Shown here one piece after another: positions 40,119 through 49,680 of a stretch of 64,000 nt of DNA (within the stretch, counting starts at the first letter, position 1; each line of letters begins with the position of its first letter). The notes under the pieces are model-generated. The model ran no database searches and was not told where the DNA came from. It saw nothing but the letters and a program-made list of their open reading frames with translations. A program made the position numbers and the translations under genes. The stretch lies in the NCBI GenBank assembly GCA_040769985.1, contig JAXGJZ010000004.1, positions 105,023-169,022 on the forward strand, in the 5' to 3' direction. The stretch is from Desulfobacterales bacterium (GTDB taxonomy: Bacteria; Desulfobacterota; Desulfobacteria; Desulfobacterales; JAHDSC01).

Positions 40119-41111
40119 TTGCCGAAACCCGAATTAATCGACCGATACAATCGTCGCCTGACCTATCTGCGTATATCCATCACCGACCGTTGCAACCTGA
40201 GATGCCTGTATTGCGTGCCCCGGGATGCCATTCCAAAACTCAGGCACACGGAAGTACTGCGTTACGAAGAAATCCTGCGTCTGATCCGAATCGGGGTGTG
40301 TCTTGGAATCTCCAAGATCCGCATAACCGGGGGGGAGCCGCTGGTCAGAAAAGGCTTTGATGCCTTTCTGTCCGAATTAAACCAAATTGAGGGGCTGGCC
40401 GATCTCTCCCTAACCACAAATGGGGTACTGCTGGAGGATCATATTGAAAAAATCAGATTCGCCGGAATCAGACGGATCAATGTCAGCCTGGATACCCTGA
40501 ACAGGAAGAAATATGAACAGATAACCGGCCATGACAGCTTCGAAAAAGTATGGAAGGGAATCCGTCTGGCTCAAGACATGGGATTTGATCCGATTAAAAT
40601 CAATGTGGTTGCTCTTAACGGAATCAACGATGATGATTTGGCGGATCTTGCCGAATTGACGTTTTCCTATCCCTTTCACATCCGGTTCATTGAATACATG
40701 CCCATCGGCAACGCATGCCTGACATGCAACCGTCATTTGCCTGCAGATGAAATAAAAACGCGCATCCGTTGTCTGGGAAACCTGACTCCAGTAAAAAAAG
40801 AGGCTTATGACGGTCCCGCCGACCGCTATCAGCTGGAAGGCGCCAAGGGTGAAATCGGATTTATAAGCGCGATCAGTCAACATTTCTGCCACCGTTGCAA
40901 CCGGTTGAGATTAACCGCAAGCGGCCATCTGAGACCCTGCCTGTTATCGGATTTCCAAGTAGATCTCAAGGGCCCGCTACGAAAAGGATGCCTGGACAGC
41001 GAACTGGTGAACCTTTTCCTGAAGACCGCACATTGTAAACCTTATCAGCACGGCCTATCCATGGAACATCCCACCGGCGTTTCAGGCCAGATGCATGCAA
41101 TCGGTGGATAA
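40119..41111 (+). CDS. moaA: GTP 3',8-cyclase
   Basis: It has LRISITDRCNLRCLYC (radical SAM) and the C-terminal CxxCxRLRLT cluster. It uses a TTG start with AGGAG upstream. Confidence 0.95.
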   Translation: MPKPELIDRYNRRLTYLRISITDRCNLRCLYCVPRDAIPKLRHTEVLRYEEILRLIRIGVCLGISKIRITGGEPLVRKGFDAFLSELNQIEGLADLSLTTNGVLLEDHIEKIRFAGIRRINVSLDTLNRKKYEQITGHDSFEKVWKGIRLAQDMGFDPIKINVVALNGINDDDLADLAELTFSYPFHIRFIEYMPIGNACLTCNRHLPADEIKTRIRCLGNLTPVKKEAYDGPADRYQLEGAKGEIGFISAISQHFCHRCNRLRLTASGHLRPCLLSDFQVDLKGPLRKGCLDSELVNLFLKTAHCKPYQHGLSMEHPTGVSGQMHAIGG

Positions 41112-41258
41112 GACAAGGCATTTTCGATATCGGGCGACAGGAGCGGAAAATTCCGTCTGTTGCATTTATCTATTCCAGTGCATGGTTATTGAAATCAGCA
41201 GATCGATGATTTTTCAAGGTTTTCTTTAAAAAGGCGGGGCCTTTGAAAGCTGGAAGGT

Positions 41259-41407
41259 GCCTGGGCTGAAAACCGAGGGAGGCTGCATTTCATACCCCAA
41301 ACAATTGGGTACAGCCCAGGCTATCTAAAAGTTTCTGAATCACACAAAATAATAAAACTGATTTGCTGAACCGACTACACGAAAACAAGAGGTGGATGTG
41401 ATTCAGA
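41259..41407. other. two long stem-loops in the moaA/dctM convergent gap
   Basis: SL1 (41259-41321) has a 10-bp perfect stem, gcctgggctg/cagcccaggc. SL2 (41334-41407) has an 11-bp perfect stem, tctgaatcaca/tgtgattcaga. Confidence 0.3.
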
Positions 41408-41463
41408 GAACTTGCCGCTGCCCATAACAGATTCCCACGGACGAATCAAGAAGAATTTTCCAA

Positions 41464-42768
41464 TTACCGCATGAATGATGGAAGAAACGTGATGATTTCC
41501 GGGAAAACGATTAAAAGAAACAAGCATATTATATATGCCGGCAAGAAGAAGGCTACCCCCTTGAAAACATCCTCCAGAGGAACATCCTTTGCCATTGCGC
41601 CAACCACGTAAGTAGTCGCTCCCACGGGAGGAGTTACAGCCCCTAAAGTCGTTACCACGGTGATCGATACACCGAACCAAATGGGATCATACCCTAACTG
41701 TGTCGCCACCGGAAAAAAAATTGGAATGGTGATCAATAGCAGCGCCAATGCATCCATAACCGCACCGCCCACGATATATATTACAAAAATGATCGCCATA
41801 ATGACCGACTTGGGCACGGGAAGCCCAACCACCCATGAGGCAATATCAAAAGGTATCCGGGTTACAGCCAGAAAACGGCCGAATACGACTGCGCCGGATA
41901 TTATTGTGATCACCATGCATGACACCTGAAGCGTGTCGGTCAACGAACTGACCAATCCTTTCCATGTGAGCCGACCTTGCACCGAGCTGATTATAACCGC
42001 CAGCAGTGACCCCGTCGCCCCGGCTTCCGCTGGTGTGAATAAACCAAAATAAAGTCCAAGCATCACCAGCAGAAAGAGTGTCCCCATTTCGAAAGCTCCC
42101 GAAAGGGATCGGAACTTTTCGATAAAACCGGCCCTGGGCCCAACCGGACCCCATCCAGGATGAAGCCGGCATACAACGTAAACGGTTACCATTAAAAGTA
42201 TCGAAAGAAGAATGCCGGCCCCGATTCCACCATAAAAAAGTCTGGCGATGGATTGCCCGGTGGAGAGGCCGATAACAATCAGTACCACACTGGGTGGGAT
42301 CACGACACCCAGTGTGGATCCGCAGGCAACGGCACCGGTGCTGAGGATCGGATTATAATGGTATTTTTTCATCTGGGGCAGCGCCACCGTCGTCATTGTC
42401 GCAGCGGTCGCGGCGTTCGACCCGCAAATCGCTGAAAACGCGGAGCAAGCCATCACAGTCGCCATCGCTATCCCACCCCGAATATGTCCCACCCATTTAT
42501 AGGTTGTACGATATAACTTTTCATTGACTCCGGAATAGAATGCGATCTGACCCATAAAGATGAAAAGCGGTATAACGGTCAGACCATATTCGGAAAAGGT
42601 GGACCATAAAACGGAACCGATCATGTTGATCCCGGCTTTAAAAGAAACCACGTAACAAAATCCCAAAAACCCTACGATTCCCATGGCAAAACCAACCGGC
42701 ATGCCGAGAAAAAAAAGAAATATGAGAAGCAGAATAATTCCTATAAGGCCAATCACTGCCAAGCTCAC
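41464..42768 (-). CDS. dctM: TRAP transporter large permease
   Basis: It is a 434-aa polytopic membrane protein with DctM-family similarity. It overlaps dctQ by 4 nt. Confidence 0.9.
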   Translation of the reverse strand: MSLAVIGLIGIILLLIFLFFLGMPVGFAMGIVGFLGFCYVVSFKAGINMIGSVLWSTFSEYGLTVIPLFIFMGQIAFYSGVNEKLYRTTYKWVGHIRGGIAMATVMACSAFSAICGSNAATAATMTTVALPQMKKYHYNPILSTGAVACGSTLGVVIPPSVVLIVIGLSTGQSIARLFYGGIGAGILLSILLMVTVYVVCRLHPGWGPVGPRAGFIEKFRSLSGAFEMGTLFLLVMLGLYFGLFTPAEAGATGSLLAVIISSVQGRLTWKGLVSSLTDTLQVSCMVITIISGAVVFGRFLAVTRIPFDIASWVVGLPVPKSVIMAIIFVIYIVGGAVMDALALLLITIPIFFPVATQLGYDPIWFGVSITVVTTLGAVTPPVGATTYVVGAMAKDVPLEDVFKGVAFFLPAYIICLFLLIVFPEIITFLPSFMR

Positions 42769-43256
42769 CTTTGGGTCTCCTTTTTCGAAAACAGCGTATC
42801 GATCAAATCCGCTAAAAACACGAGAGAAAGAATGGCAAAACCGATCGCCGTCCCATAGGTGAAAGGGTAATAAATGATTCTCAGGGTTTCGGTAACTTCT
42901 CCGGTATTCCAGAGTCTCGTAGCCAATTTCGCGATCTGCCAGGCTGCCATGGAAAAAAAGACCGCGCAGCCCCCCGCATTAATTGTTCGTAAAATCATTC
43001 GTGTCTTTTCGGAAAAACTGTTTATCAAAACATTTACAGCGATATGCCCTCCCTTGATCTGGGTATAGCCCAGGGCGAAAGCGGCCACAATCGCACCGAA
43101 AAACCCCATCAGTTCAAATGTTCCCGGAATGGGCACCCACACCCAGCGAAGGATTATGTTGGCACAGGTCAAAACCACCATGCAGACCAGAAAAATTCCG
43201 CCGATGTAAATAAGGACCCGATTTAAATACAAACTGATTTTCTGCAGCGTACCCAC
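42765..43256 (-). CDS. dctQ: TRAP transporter small permease
   Basis: It is 163 aa with 4 TM helices and lies between dctP and dctM. Confidence 0.85.
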   Translation of the reverse strand: MGTLQKISLYLNRVLIYIGGIFLVCMVVLTCANIILRWVWVPIPGTFELMGFFGAIVAAFALGYTQIKGGHIAVNVLINSFSEKTRMILRTINAGGCAVFFSMAAWQIAKLATRLWNTGEVTETLRIIYYPFTYGTAIGFAILSLVFLADLIDTLFSKKETQR

Positions 43257-43287
43257 AGCTATCCTTTCAATGATTCGATCATCGATG

Positions 43288-44310
43288 CTATTTCGAATAC
43301 TTTCTCACAAGCGACTTCAAATCCGATAGAATCGCTTCCGCCGGGAGTCCCTTTTCCTTCGCTTCAACGATCCATTGGTCAATGATCGGCTGTAGCATTC
43401 TTTCCCAATTTGCCTTTTCTTTCTCGTCCAGCCGGATCGATTCAACCTGATATTTTTCTTTGGACCAGGCAATCGATTCTTTTACATGATTGTCCATATA
43501 AGTGCCGGTCCATTCCGCCTGCTCCGCGGCCAGCGTATCGAAGACTTCTTGCACATCCTTCGGCAAGGAATTCCACCGCTGCAGGTTCATCACCACGGAA
43601 AATGGGTAGATGACCGTGTCGGTCATAGTTACAAACCGGCAGAGTTCGGCAAACTCATAATCTTTCATAACCTCAAGGGAAGAAAACAAGCCTTGTACGA
43701 CGCCTTTCTGCAAAGCTTCCGGAGTAGCGGACATCGGCATTCCAACCTGATTCGCCCCCCATGCCTTGAGAATCTGTGCGGCGCCGCCGGAAGCCCTTAG
43801 ATCCAAACCCTTGATATCCTCCAAATTTCGAATGGGTTTTTTGGACATAATATTTGCCGGAGCGGTTGTGAACATGGTCAGAACCTTCACCTGCGCAAAT
43901 GCCTCCGGTTGGTACTTTTTGAAAAAATCCCACAAAACAAGACTTCCGACTTTCGCATTGGGTATTCCGATGGGAAGACTGGTAGCATTGGTAGTCATAA
44001 AACGGCCGGGTTGATAGGCCATGCACAGGCAACCGATATCCGCTTGACCGGCAATCACGCCATCCATCATGTTCTTGGCATCCAGTAACGTGCCCCCCGG
44101 AAAGGTGTCAACGGCAACCCTGCCCTTTGTGCGCATTTCCACCTCATTTTTCCATCGTTCCATCTGAACGCACGGGAAGGTGGGTGCGGATGGAAAATTT
44201 GCATAGCTTAACTTGATCGTCTCGTTTTTCCCGAATGCACACGTACATGTCATGATAAACATTAAAGCGATAAAGATTCGGATAAGAATCATTCCGGATT
44301 TTCGTCTCAT
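43288..44310 (-). CDS. dctP: TRAP transporter substrate-binding protein
   Basis: It has a signal peptide and the size and sequence features of the DctP family. Confidence 0.9.
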   Translation of the reverse strand: MRRKSGMILIRIFIALMFIMTCTCAFGKNETIKLSYANFPSAPTFPCVQMERWKNEVEMRTKGRVAVDTFPGGTLLDAKNMMDGVIAGQADIGCLCMAYQPGRFMTTNATSLPIGIPNAKVGSLVLWDFFKKYQPEAFAQVKVLTMFTTAPANIMSKKPIRNLEDIKGLDLRASGGAAQILKAWGANQVGMPMSATPEALQKGVVQGLFSSLEVMKDYEFAELCRFVTMTDTVIYPFSVVMNLQRWNSLPKDVQEVFDTLAAEQAEWTGTYMDNHVKESIAWSKEKYQVESIRLDEKEKANWERMLQPIIDQWIVEAKEKGLPAEAILSDLKSLVRKYSK

Positions 44311-44462
44311 CCCTCATGCCTCCTTTTGTCTGTCGTCATTTGTTTTTTCCTCTTTGCGAATTTATGAAAAAGCCTGTTTTTTCCCTGGATACCGTTATCG
44401 CTTCTTGTGCATGGCAAGTTGTCCGGTCAATAATTGGCCGGTGGTTCCGAATGGCGGATCGG

Positions 44463-45761
44463 CTACTTGCGATTTCCGTTTCTGTGATCAAAGACCCGCT
44501 GACTTTTCCTTTGAGTTCGCGGTAATGAACCGGGATCGAGGATTTCAACATTACTTCTCACCAGTATCTTGTGCCGGATTTCCGATGCGATTAATTCGGT
44601 TAGACCCGGATCATCATCTTTTCTCCCGCCTGTTTTTCGTTCCACACAAATCTTCATCATATCCCGGCCGCCTTCCCGTTCCTCCAAATGGATCTGAAAT
44701 TCACTGCCGATTCCTTCAACCTGGCTCAGCACATGTTCAATCTGGCTTGGATAAATATTAACAGCACGGTAGATGAACATGTCATCCGTCCGTCCGAGGA
44801 TTCTGTCGTGCATGGGCAACAGGATTCCGCACGGGCAATTTCGATCCAGCAGGCGTGTAATGTCATGAGTGCGATAACGGATCAACGGACTCCCTTCTTT
44901 GTGCAATGTAGTGACAACCAGTTCTCCATCTTTACCGGACGGAACCGGCTTCAGACTCACCGGATCGATCACCTCGTAAATAAAATGATCCGCCCAATAA
45001 TGAATTCCTTCATGGAAGTGGCAATCGAGTCCCGTACCCGGCCCGTAAAGCTCGGTTAACCCGTAAATATCAAAAACATGTTCCACGCCCATCAGTTCCT
45101 TAATTCGTTGTCTCATGGCGTCACTGCAACGTTCGGCACCAAGAATCACCTTTTTTATCTTTATGTTGGGGAGCAGACCGCGTTTATGAATTTCCTCCGC
45201 CATAAGCAGCGCCATGGATGCGGTAGAGCAGAAAACCGTGGATTGCATATCGACCATCATTTCACAGTGCATCTCCGCATTGGCAGGACCTACAGGAAGC
45301 GCCATGGCTCCGAAACGTTCACAGCCTGCCTGAAATCCCACACCGGCCGTCCACAAGCCGTATCCGACAGCAATCTGCACCCGATCCTGCCGGGTCAACC
45401 CGGCCAGTTCATAGCAGCGGGCAAACATGTCAGCCCACAAATCGACATCCTTTGCCGTGTAACAGAGAATTTTGCGTTTCCCCGTCGTGCCTGAAGAGGC
45501 ATGAATTCGGACGATCTCATCAAACGGCACGGAACGCAGCGGAAAAGGATATCCTTCCTGTAAATCCTCCTTATCGGTGAATGGGAGTCGTTCAAGATCT
45601 TCAACGGAACGGATATCCTCCGGCCGTAAACCTGAATCCCGTATTTTCGTTTGATAATAGATTGAATGGTTGTATGCGTGACGAACCGTCCATTTAAGGC
45701 CTTCGAGTTGAATTTCCCTCAGTTTGGCCTCTGTTAAATCATCCGGAATGAATCTCATCAT
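44463..45761 (-). CDS. paaK: phenylacetate--CoA ligase family protein
   Basis: It has SSGTTGKRK (the AMP-binding P-loop), YGLTE, and a PaaK/F390-synthetase-like length of 432 aa. Confidence 0.9.
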   Translation of the reverse strand: MMRFIPDDLTEAKLREIQLEGLKWTVRHAYNHSIYYQTKIRDSGLRPEDIRSVEDLERLPFTDKEDLQEGYPFPLRSVPFDEIVRIHASSGTTGKRKILCYTAKDVDLWADMFARCYELAGLTRQDRVQIAVGYGLWTAGVGFQAGCERFGAMALPVGPANAEMHCEMMVDMQSTVFCSTASMALLMAEEIHKRGLLPNIKIKKVILGAERCSDAMRQRIKELMGVEHVFDIYGLTELYGPGTGLDCHFHEGIHYWADHFIYEVIDPVSLKPVPSGKDGELVVTTLHKEGSPLIRYRTHDITRLLDRNCPCGILLPMHDRILGRTDDMFIYRAVNIYPSQIEHVLSQVEGIGSEFQIHLEEREGGRDMMKICVERKTGGRKDDDPGLTELIASEIRHKILVRSNVEILDPGSLPRTQRKSQRVFDHRNGNRK

Positions 45762-45893
45762 GAACTCCTCTATTTTTAAGCATGATTTTCAATTACTCTT
45801 GGTTAAGGAGGTATCCTGTCACAATTTTTATATGCGCGAAAAAGCGGACGCGCCGCCGAAACCCGGACTTGCCGCAACCGGGAATTATACATT

Positions 45894-45945
45894 TGAAGAA
45901 CCTTGCAGCAAGCTGCGGGGAATTCGCTCGCTGTTTCGGTTCAAA
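45894..45945. repeat. 52-nt intergenic repeat, copy A
   Basis: It is 45/52 identical to 62281-62332 in the same orientation. It contains the hairpin 45901-45920. Confidence 0.7.
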
Positions 45946-45978
45946 TTTTATCGTAAACCTTTTGACGATGGATCATTT

Positions 45979-46542
45979 TCAAGCAACATATCCGTTTTCA
46001 ACGGCTTTTATGGAATCATTGAACAATTTATTGCTTTCCGCCATTTGGCTTTTCAACACATGCCGGATCTCTTCAATGGAGCAAAACAATCCCTTATTTC
46101 CAGGCAACTCCTGGGTTCTGGCCAATGCAAAACCGAGCAGAATCAAGTTGGCGGATTTCATGTTTCCGATTTTCCGAGCCAGTGAATCCGCATCCGCCCG
46201 AAAAACGGATAGACCGGGAGGTAGCTTGATATCCGTATCGCTGTTTACGACGATCCATCCGCCATTCTTTACATAGGAACCATGCTGGGAAAGATTTTCG
46301 GCCTTCAAGGCCAGCAGCCCATCAGCAGCAAGAGGCCGAATCAATGGACTCGAAAAATTTCCAACCTTCACGTGGGAGATGACAGTACCACCCCTCTGGG
46401 CCATTCCATGCGTTTCCGACGTGATGACCGATTCCCCTTTTTGAATTGCCGCTTCCGCGAGAAGGCGTGTGATAAAAAGTACTCCCTGACCTCCCACTCC
46501 GCTGATTAAAATTTGCTGCTGGATGGATTGTTTCATAAACAT
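45979..46542 (-). CDS. iorB: indolepyruvate:ferredoxin oxidoreductase subunit beta
   Basis: It has GVGGQGV and similarity to the 2-oxoacid oxidoreductase gamma-domain family. It lies directly downstream of iorA. Confidence 0.85.
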   Translation of the reverse strand: MFMKQSIQQQILISGVGGQGVLFITRLLAEAAIQKGESVITSETHGMAQRGGTVISHVKVGNFSSPLIRPLAADGLLALKAENLSQHGSYVKNGGWIVVNSDTDIKLPPGLSVFRADADSLARKIGNMKSANLILLGFALARTQELPGNKGLFCSIEEIRHVLKSQMAESNKLFNDSIKAVENGYVA

Positions 46543-46569
46543 CCTTGTATTAAATTTTATGGATCTTTT

Positions 46570-48396
46570 TCACGAGACTGCAAACGAACCCTTTTTTTGT
46601 ATGAAATTCTTCGGGCAAACCTGAATGCAAACACCACATCGGTTGCACAAGGCAGGATCAATGAAGACACGCTTTCGCTCCTCATTAAAAATAAGCGCGG
46701 GGCACTCAAAATGTCGGATGCAGTAACGACAGCCGTCACATGCATCGCTCACTTCAACCGCTATCGCCCGTTTGCCTCTATTATTCTGTGAACCGCCAGT
46801 CAGACAGGGATGGCGGGATATGATAACCGCCGGCCCGTTTTTTCTGCTGAATTGGACTGCTTCCCGGATAACAGCAATCAATTCATTCAGGTTATATGGA
46901 TCAACTTCATGACAGAATCTTATGCCGCAAGCGCCAACAACCCTTTCAATATCAACAGCTTCCAGTGGTTCGCCGGTCGCACTGATTCCACTTGCAGGAG
47001 TCGGCTGATTTCCTGTCATGGCGGTGGTTCGATTGTCCAGGATCAACAAAACAAACGATACGTTCTGCACGACCGCATCGATCAAAGCCGGTATTCCGGC
47101 GTGGAAAAACGTCGAATCACCGATCGTTGCCACAATATCCGGACAATTTTTTTGCCCTTTGTAAGCATGATAAAATCCCGCCGCTTGGCTGATGGCAGCC
47201 CCCATGCACAGTACCGTATCGACAGCTCCCAGATTCAGCCCCAGTGTATAGCAGCCGATATCGCCGGTGTATATTCCATGAGGAACGGCCTGTTTTATGG
47301 CAAAAAAACTGGCCCTGTGCGGACACCCCGCACAGAGTGTGGGACGCCTGCCGGAAAACGAGGAAAAGTGGACAGGTTCATATGCAATATCCGCAAACTC
47401 GCAAACCATTTGTTCGATGACTTCAGGTAGCAATTCTCCGGCTTTTGGGACCGAATCGGTCAACCTTCCCTTTACCCGATGTCGATCCGCTATTTGCATC
47501 TCGATAACCGGAGAAGTCTCTTCAAGAACCAGAATTTCATCATAGTTCTCGATTAAATGGGATATGAACTCTTGATGCAATGGATAGGGTTGCAGCACCT
47601 GGTACAGTGGAATGACGTCCCAAAGCTTTCGCTCTTTCATAATATCTCTTATATGCCCTGCCGCAATCCCGGCGGCGATAACCGCGCGGCGAGCTCTCGC
47701 TCCATCATTAAGACGGATCGGCGCGGTTTTGTCCAGGCTGGAAATGGCTTCCAGTTTTTTTTCCAACTCCTTATGAAGATGAAAACGAAATTTGGGAATT
47801 GCCGCCCATCGCTCTGGGGCTTTTTGAAAATTTATTTTTTTTTCCAAAGGTTGGATGTCTTTCAGCAGTATATCCTGACGGGCATGACAGACCCGAGTGG
47901 TGGGACGCAGCATAACCGGAATTTCAAATGCCTCTGAAATCTCAAAGGCTAAAGCCGCCAGATCCTTTGCCTGGCGTGGAGAATCCGGGTCAAGAACCGG
48001 TATTTTCGCCATCATTGCCATGAGCCGGCTGTCCTGTTCCGTTTGAGAAGAATGCGGTCCCGGATCATCGGCGCTGATGATGACAAATCCGCCTGTTGTG
48101 CCCATATATGCAGCACTCATAAGAGAATCCGATGCAACGTTCAGCCCGACCTGCTTCATGCTGACCGCGGTTCGCAAACCGGCCATACTCGCCGCATAGG
48201 CAATCTCGAAAGCGATTTTCTCATTAACCGCCCACTGGACATGGATGATATCAGCACCCGCCTGTTTGAGACAGGCAAGCGTGGAAAGAATCTCGGATGC
48301 GGGTGTCCCTGGGTACGATGTCGCGACCGAACAGCCGTTATCCACCAGTCCTTGTGCAATGGCTTCATTTCCGAGCATCAACCTTCTTATATTCAA
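46570..48396 (-). CDS. iorA: indolepyruvate:ferredoxin oxidoreductase subunit alpha
   Basis: It begins LGNEAIAQG, has a TPP-binding region, and carries two C-terminal 4Fe-4S motifs. I moved the start to TTG 48396, which has GGAGG 6 nt upstream. Confidence 0.9.
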   Translation of the reverse strand: MNIRRLMLGNEAIAQGLVDNGCSVATSYPGTPASEILSTLACLKQAGADIIHVQWAVNEKIAFEIAYAASMAGLRTAVSMKQVGLNVASDSLMSAAYMGTTGGFVIISADDPGPHSSQTEQDSRLMAMMAKIPVLDPDSPRQAKDLAALAFEISEAFEIPVMLRPTTRVCHARQDILLKDIQPLEKKINFQKAPERWAAIPKFRFHLHKELEKKLEAISSLDKTAPIRLNDGARARRAVIAAGIAAGHIRDIMKERKLWDVIPLYQVLQPYPLHQEFISHLIENYDEILVLEETSPVIEMQIADRHRVKGRLTDSVPKAGELLPEVIEQMVCEFADIAYEPVHFSSFSGRRPTLCAGCPHRASFFAIKQAVPHGIYTGDIGCYTLGLNLGAVDTVLCMGAAISQAAGFYHAYKGQKNCPDIVATIGDSTFFHAGIPALIDAVVQNVSFVLLILDNRTTAMTGNQPTPASGISATGEPLEAVDIERVVGACGIRFCHEVDPYNLNELIAVIREAVQFSRKNGPAVIISRHPCLTGGSQNNRGKRAIAVEVSDACDGCRYCIRHFECPALIFNEERKRVFIDPALCNRCGVCIQVCPKNFIQKKGSFAVS

Positions 48397-48484
48397 TGAA
48401 TTCCTCCGTTTTTTAGGTGCCACTTGAATGCGAACGAAAGTCAGTGCCGCATCCATGTAAATGCGCAATTCCGGACGCACAAAC

Positions 48485-48523
48485 AACTGAAGCCAGGGTT
48501 TCTCGGTAACCCTGGCTTCAGTT
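48485..48523 (-). promoter_or_regulatory. perfect 16-bp stem / 7-nt loop hairpin upstream of iorA
   Basis: The arms are aactgaagccagggtt and aaccctggcttcagtt, separated by the 7-nt loop tctcggt. It lies about 90 nt upstream of the revised iorA start. Confidence 0.4.
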
Positions 48524-48846
48524 AAAATTAGAAGAGCCATGAGCTACTTCCGCCGAATGCCGAAGCTTCTCACGGCTCTGGATTATTTATCTTCTATTCA
48601 GGCTGGTGAGCAAGCTTCATCATGTGCGCCAGCACCAGCACCAATACATAAACTGCATTGAAACCTCACGCATCCGGGATATAAATCACACCATCCCCTT
48701 GTTCGATAAAAAATTTGGCAGTTTCCGAAAAAAGCTTATAAAAAATTTATATTCCAATTACCGAAGGGATTCGGTTTTGTCAAGAACCGAATAATCAAAA
48801 AATTTTTAAAAAATATCGACACAACTTCTATAATCTTTCGGTTGCG

Positions 48847-49395
48847 ATGATGGTTTTTTCTTTGAAAAAAATGCCACCAGTTTATATCTCACCGACAGCG
48901 GTGGTCATCGGAAATGTCGTCATCGGCAAAAATTCGTCGGTTTGGTTCAATTACGTCATACGGGGAGACGAAGACCTCGTCTCGATCGGAAAAGAGATCA
49001 ATATCCAGGATCTTTCCGTCCTGCATGCCGACTCCGGGAAGCCGATTTCCATCGACGACGAGGTCACGATAGGGCAGCGCTCCATCATTCATGGCTTTGA
49101 AATTGAGGATCATTGCCTGATCGGGATGGGCGCAATTATCATGAACGGGGTCAAAATCGGAAGCGGAGGCATTGCGGCCGCGGGATCGGTTCTATTAGAA
49201 GATACCATGATTCCGCCGTTTTCTTTGGTTGCCGGCATTCCTGGAAAAATCGTTCGCACTTTTGGTCCGGAGGTTTTTGAAAAAACCAAATCGACCTGTA
49301 ACACGTATCGGATGCTCTCCGGAGAATATAAGTCAAAAAAAATTGGCATTAATCGAATAGAAAACTTTTGTTCGATTGTTTTGTACCCGGTTTGA
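48847..49395 (+). CDS. gamma-carbonic-anhydrase-like hexapeptide-repeat protein (PaaY/YrdA family)
   Basis: It has left-handed beta-helix repeats and the SVLHAD motif. Confidence 0.85.
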   Translation: MMVFSLKKMPPVYISPTAVVIGNVVIGKNSSVWFNYVIRGDEDLVSIGKEINIQDLSVLHADSGKPISIDDEVTIGQRSIIHGFEIEDHCLIGMGAIIMNGVKIGSGGIAAAGSVLLEDTMIPPFSLVAGIPGKIVRTFGPEVFEKTKSTCNTYRMLSGEYKSKKIGINRIENFCSIVLYPV

Positions 49396-49572
49396 TTCTT
49401 TCCTGATCTTATTGGACCCTACTTTGCCTTTTACAGCATTTACTTCAGGTAAAATCAAACGATTCCGGTTATTCCGATTGCTTTTCATTTCGCCATAAGT
49501 CCCCGCTCCAGTCATGCGTCGAATCACGCGATTTGAATTTTTGGGGCAGATACAAATCCTGTTTTTTTCCTC

Positions 49573-49600
49573 TTGACAGGGAAAAGATGATGATTATCAT
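49573..49600 (+). promoter_or_regulatory. sigma-70-like promoter TTGACA-16-TATCAT
   Basis: It lies about 230 nt upstream of groES. A second candidate, TTGTCA-19-TGATAAAAT, lies at 49772-49802. Confidence 0.4.
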
Positions 49601-49616
49601 TTATCCATTTAAAACC

Positions 49617-49680
49617 ATTGCCTTTTAATTTCCCGATCTTCTATCGATTAATAAGCATTTTCTCTTTAATTGCCTTTTAA
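49617..49680 (+). promoter_or_regulatory. direct repeats ATTGCCTTTTAA x2, 52 nt apart
   Basis: Identical 12-mers occur at 49617-49628 and 49669-49680. The core TTGCCTTTTA also occurs at 49424-49433. Confidence 0.3.

Noticed and set aside
48397-48540. The ORF-track start of iorA at 48540 gives a 48-residue N-terminal extension.
   Set aside because: The extension runs through the 17-bp hairpin and has no IorA similarity. TTG 48396 with GGAGG 6 nt upstream gives a normal N-terminus (MNIRRLMLGNEAIAQG).
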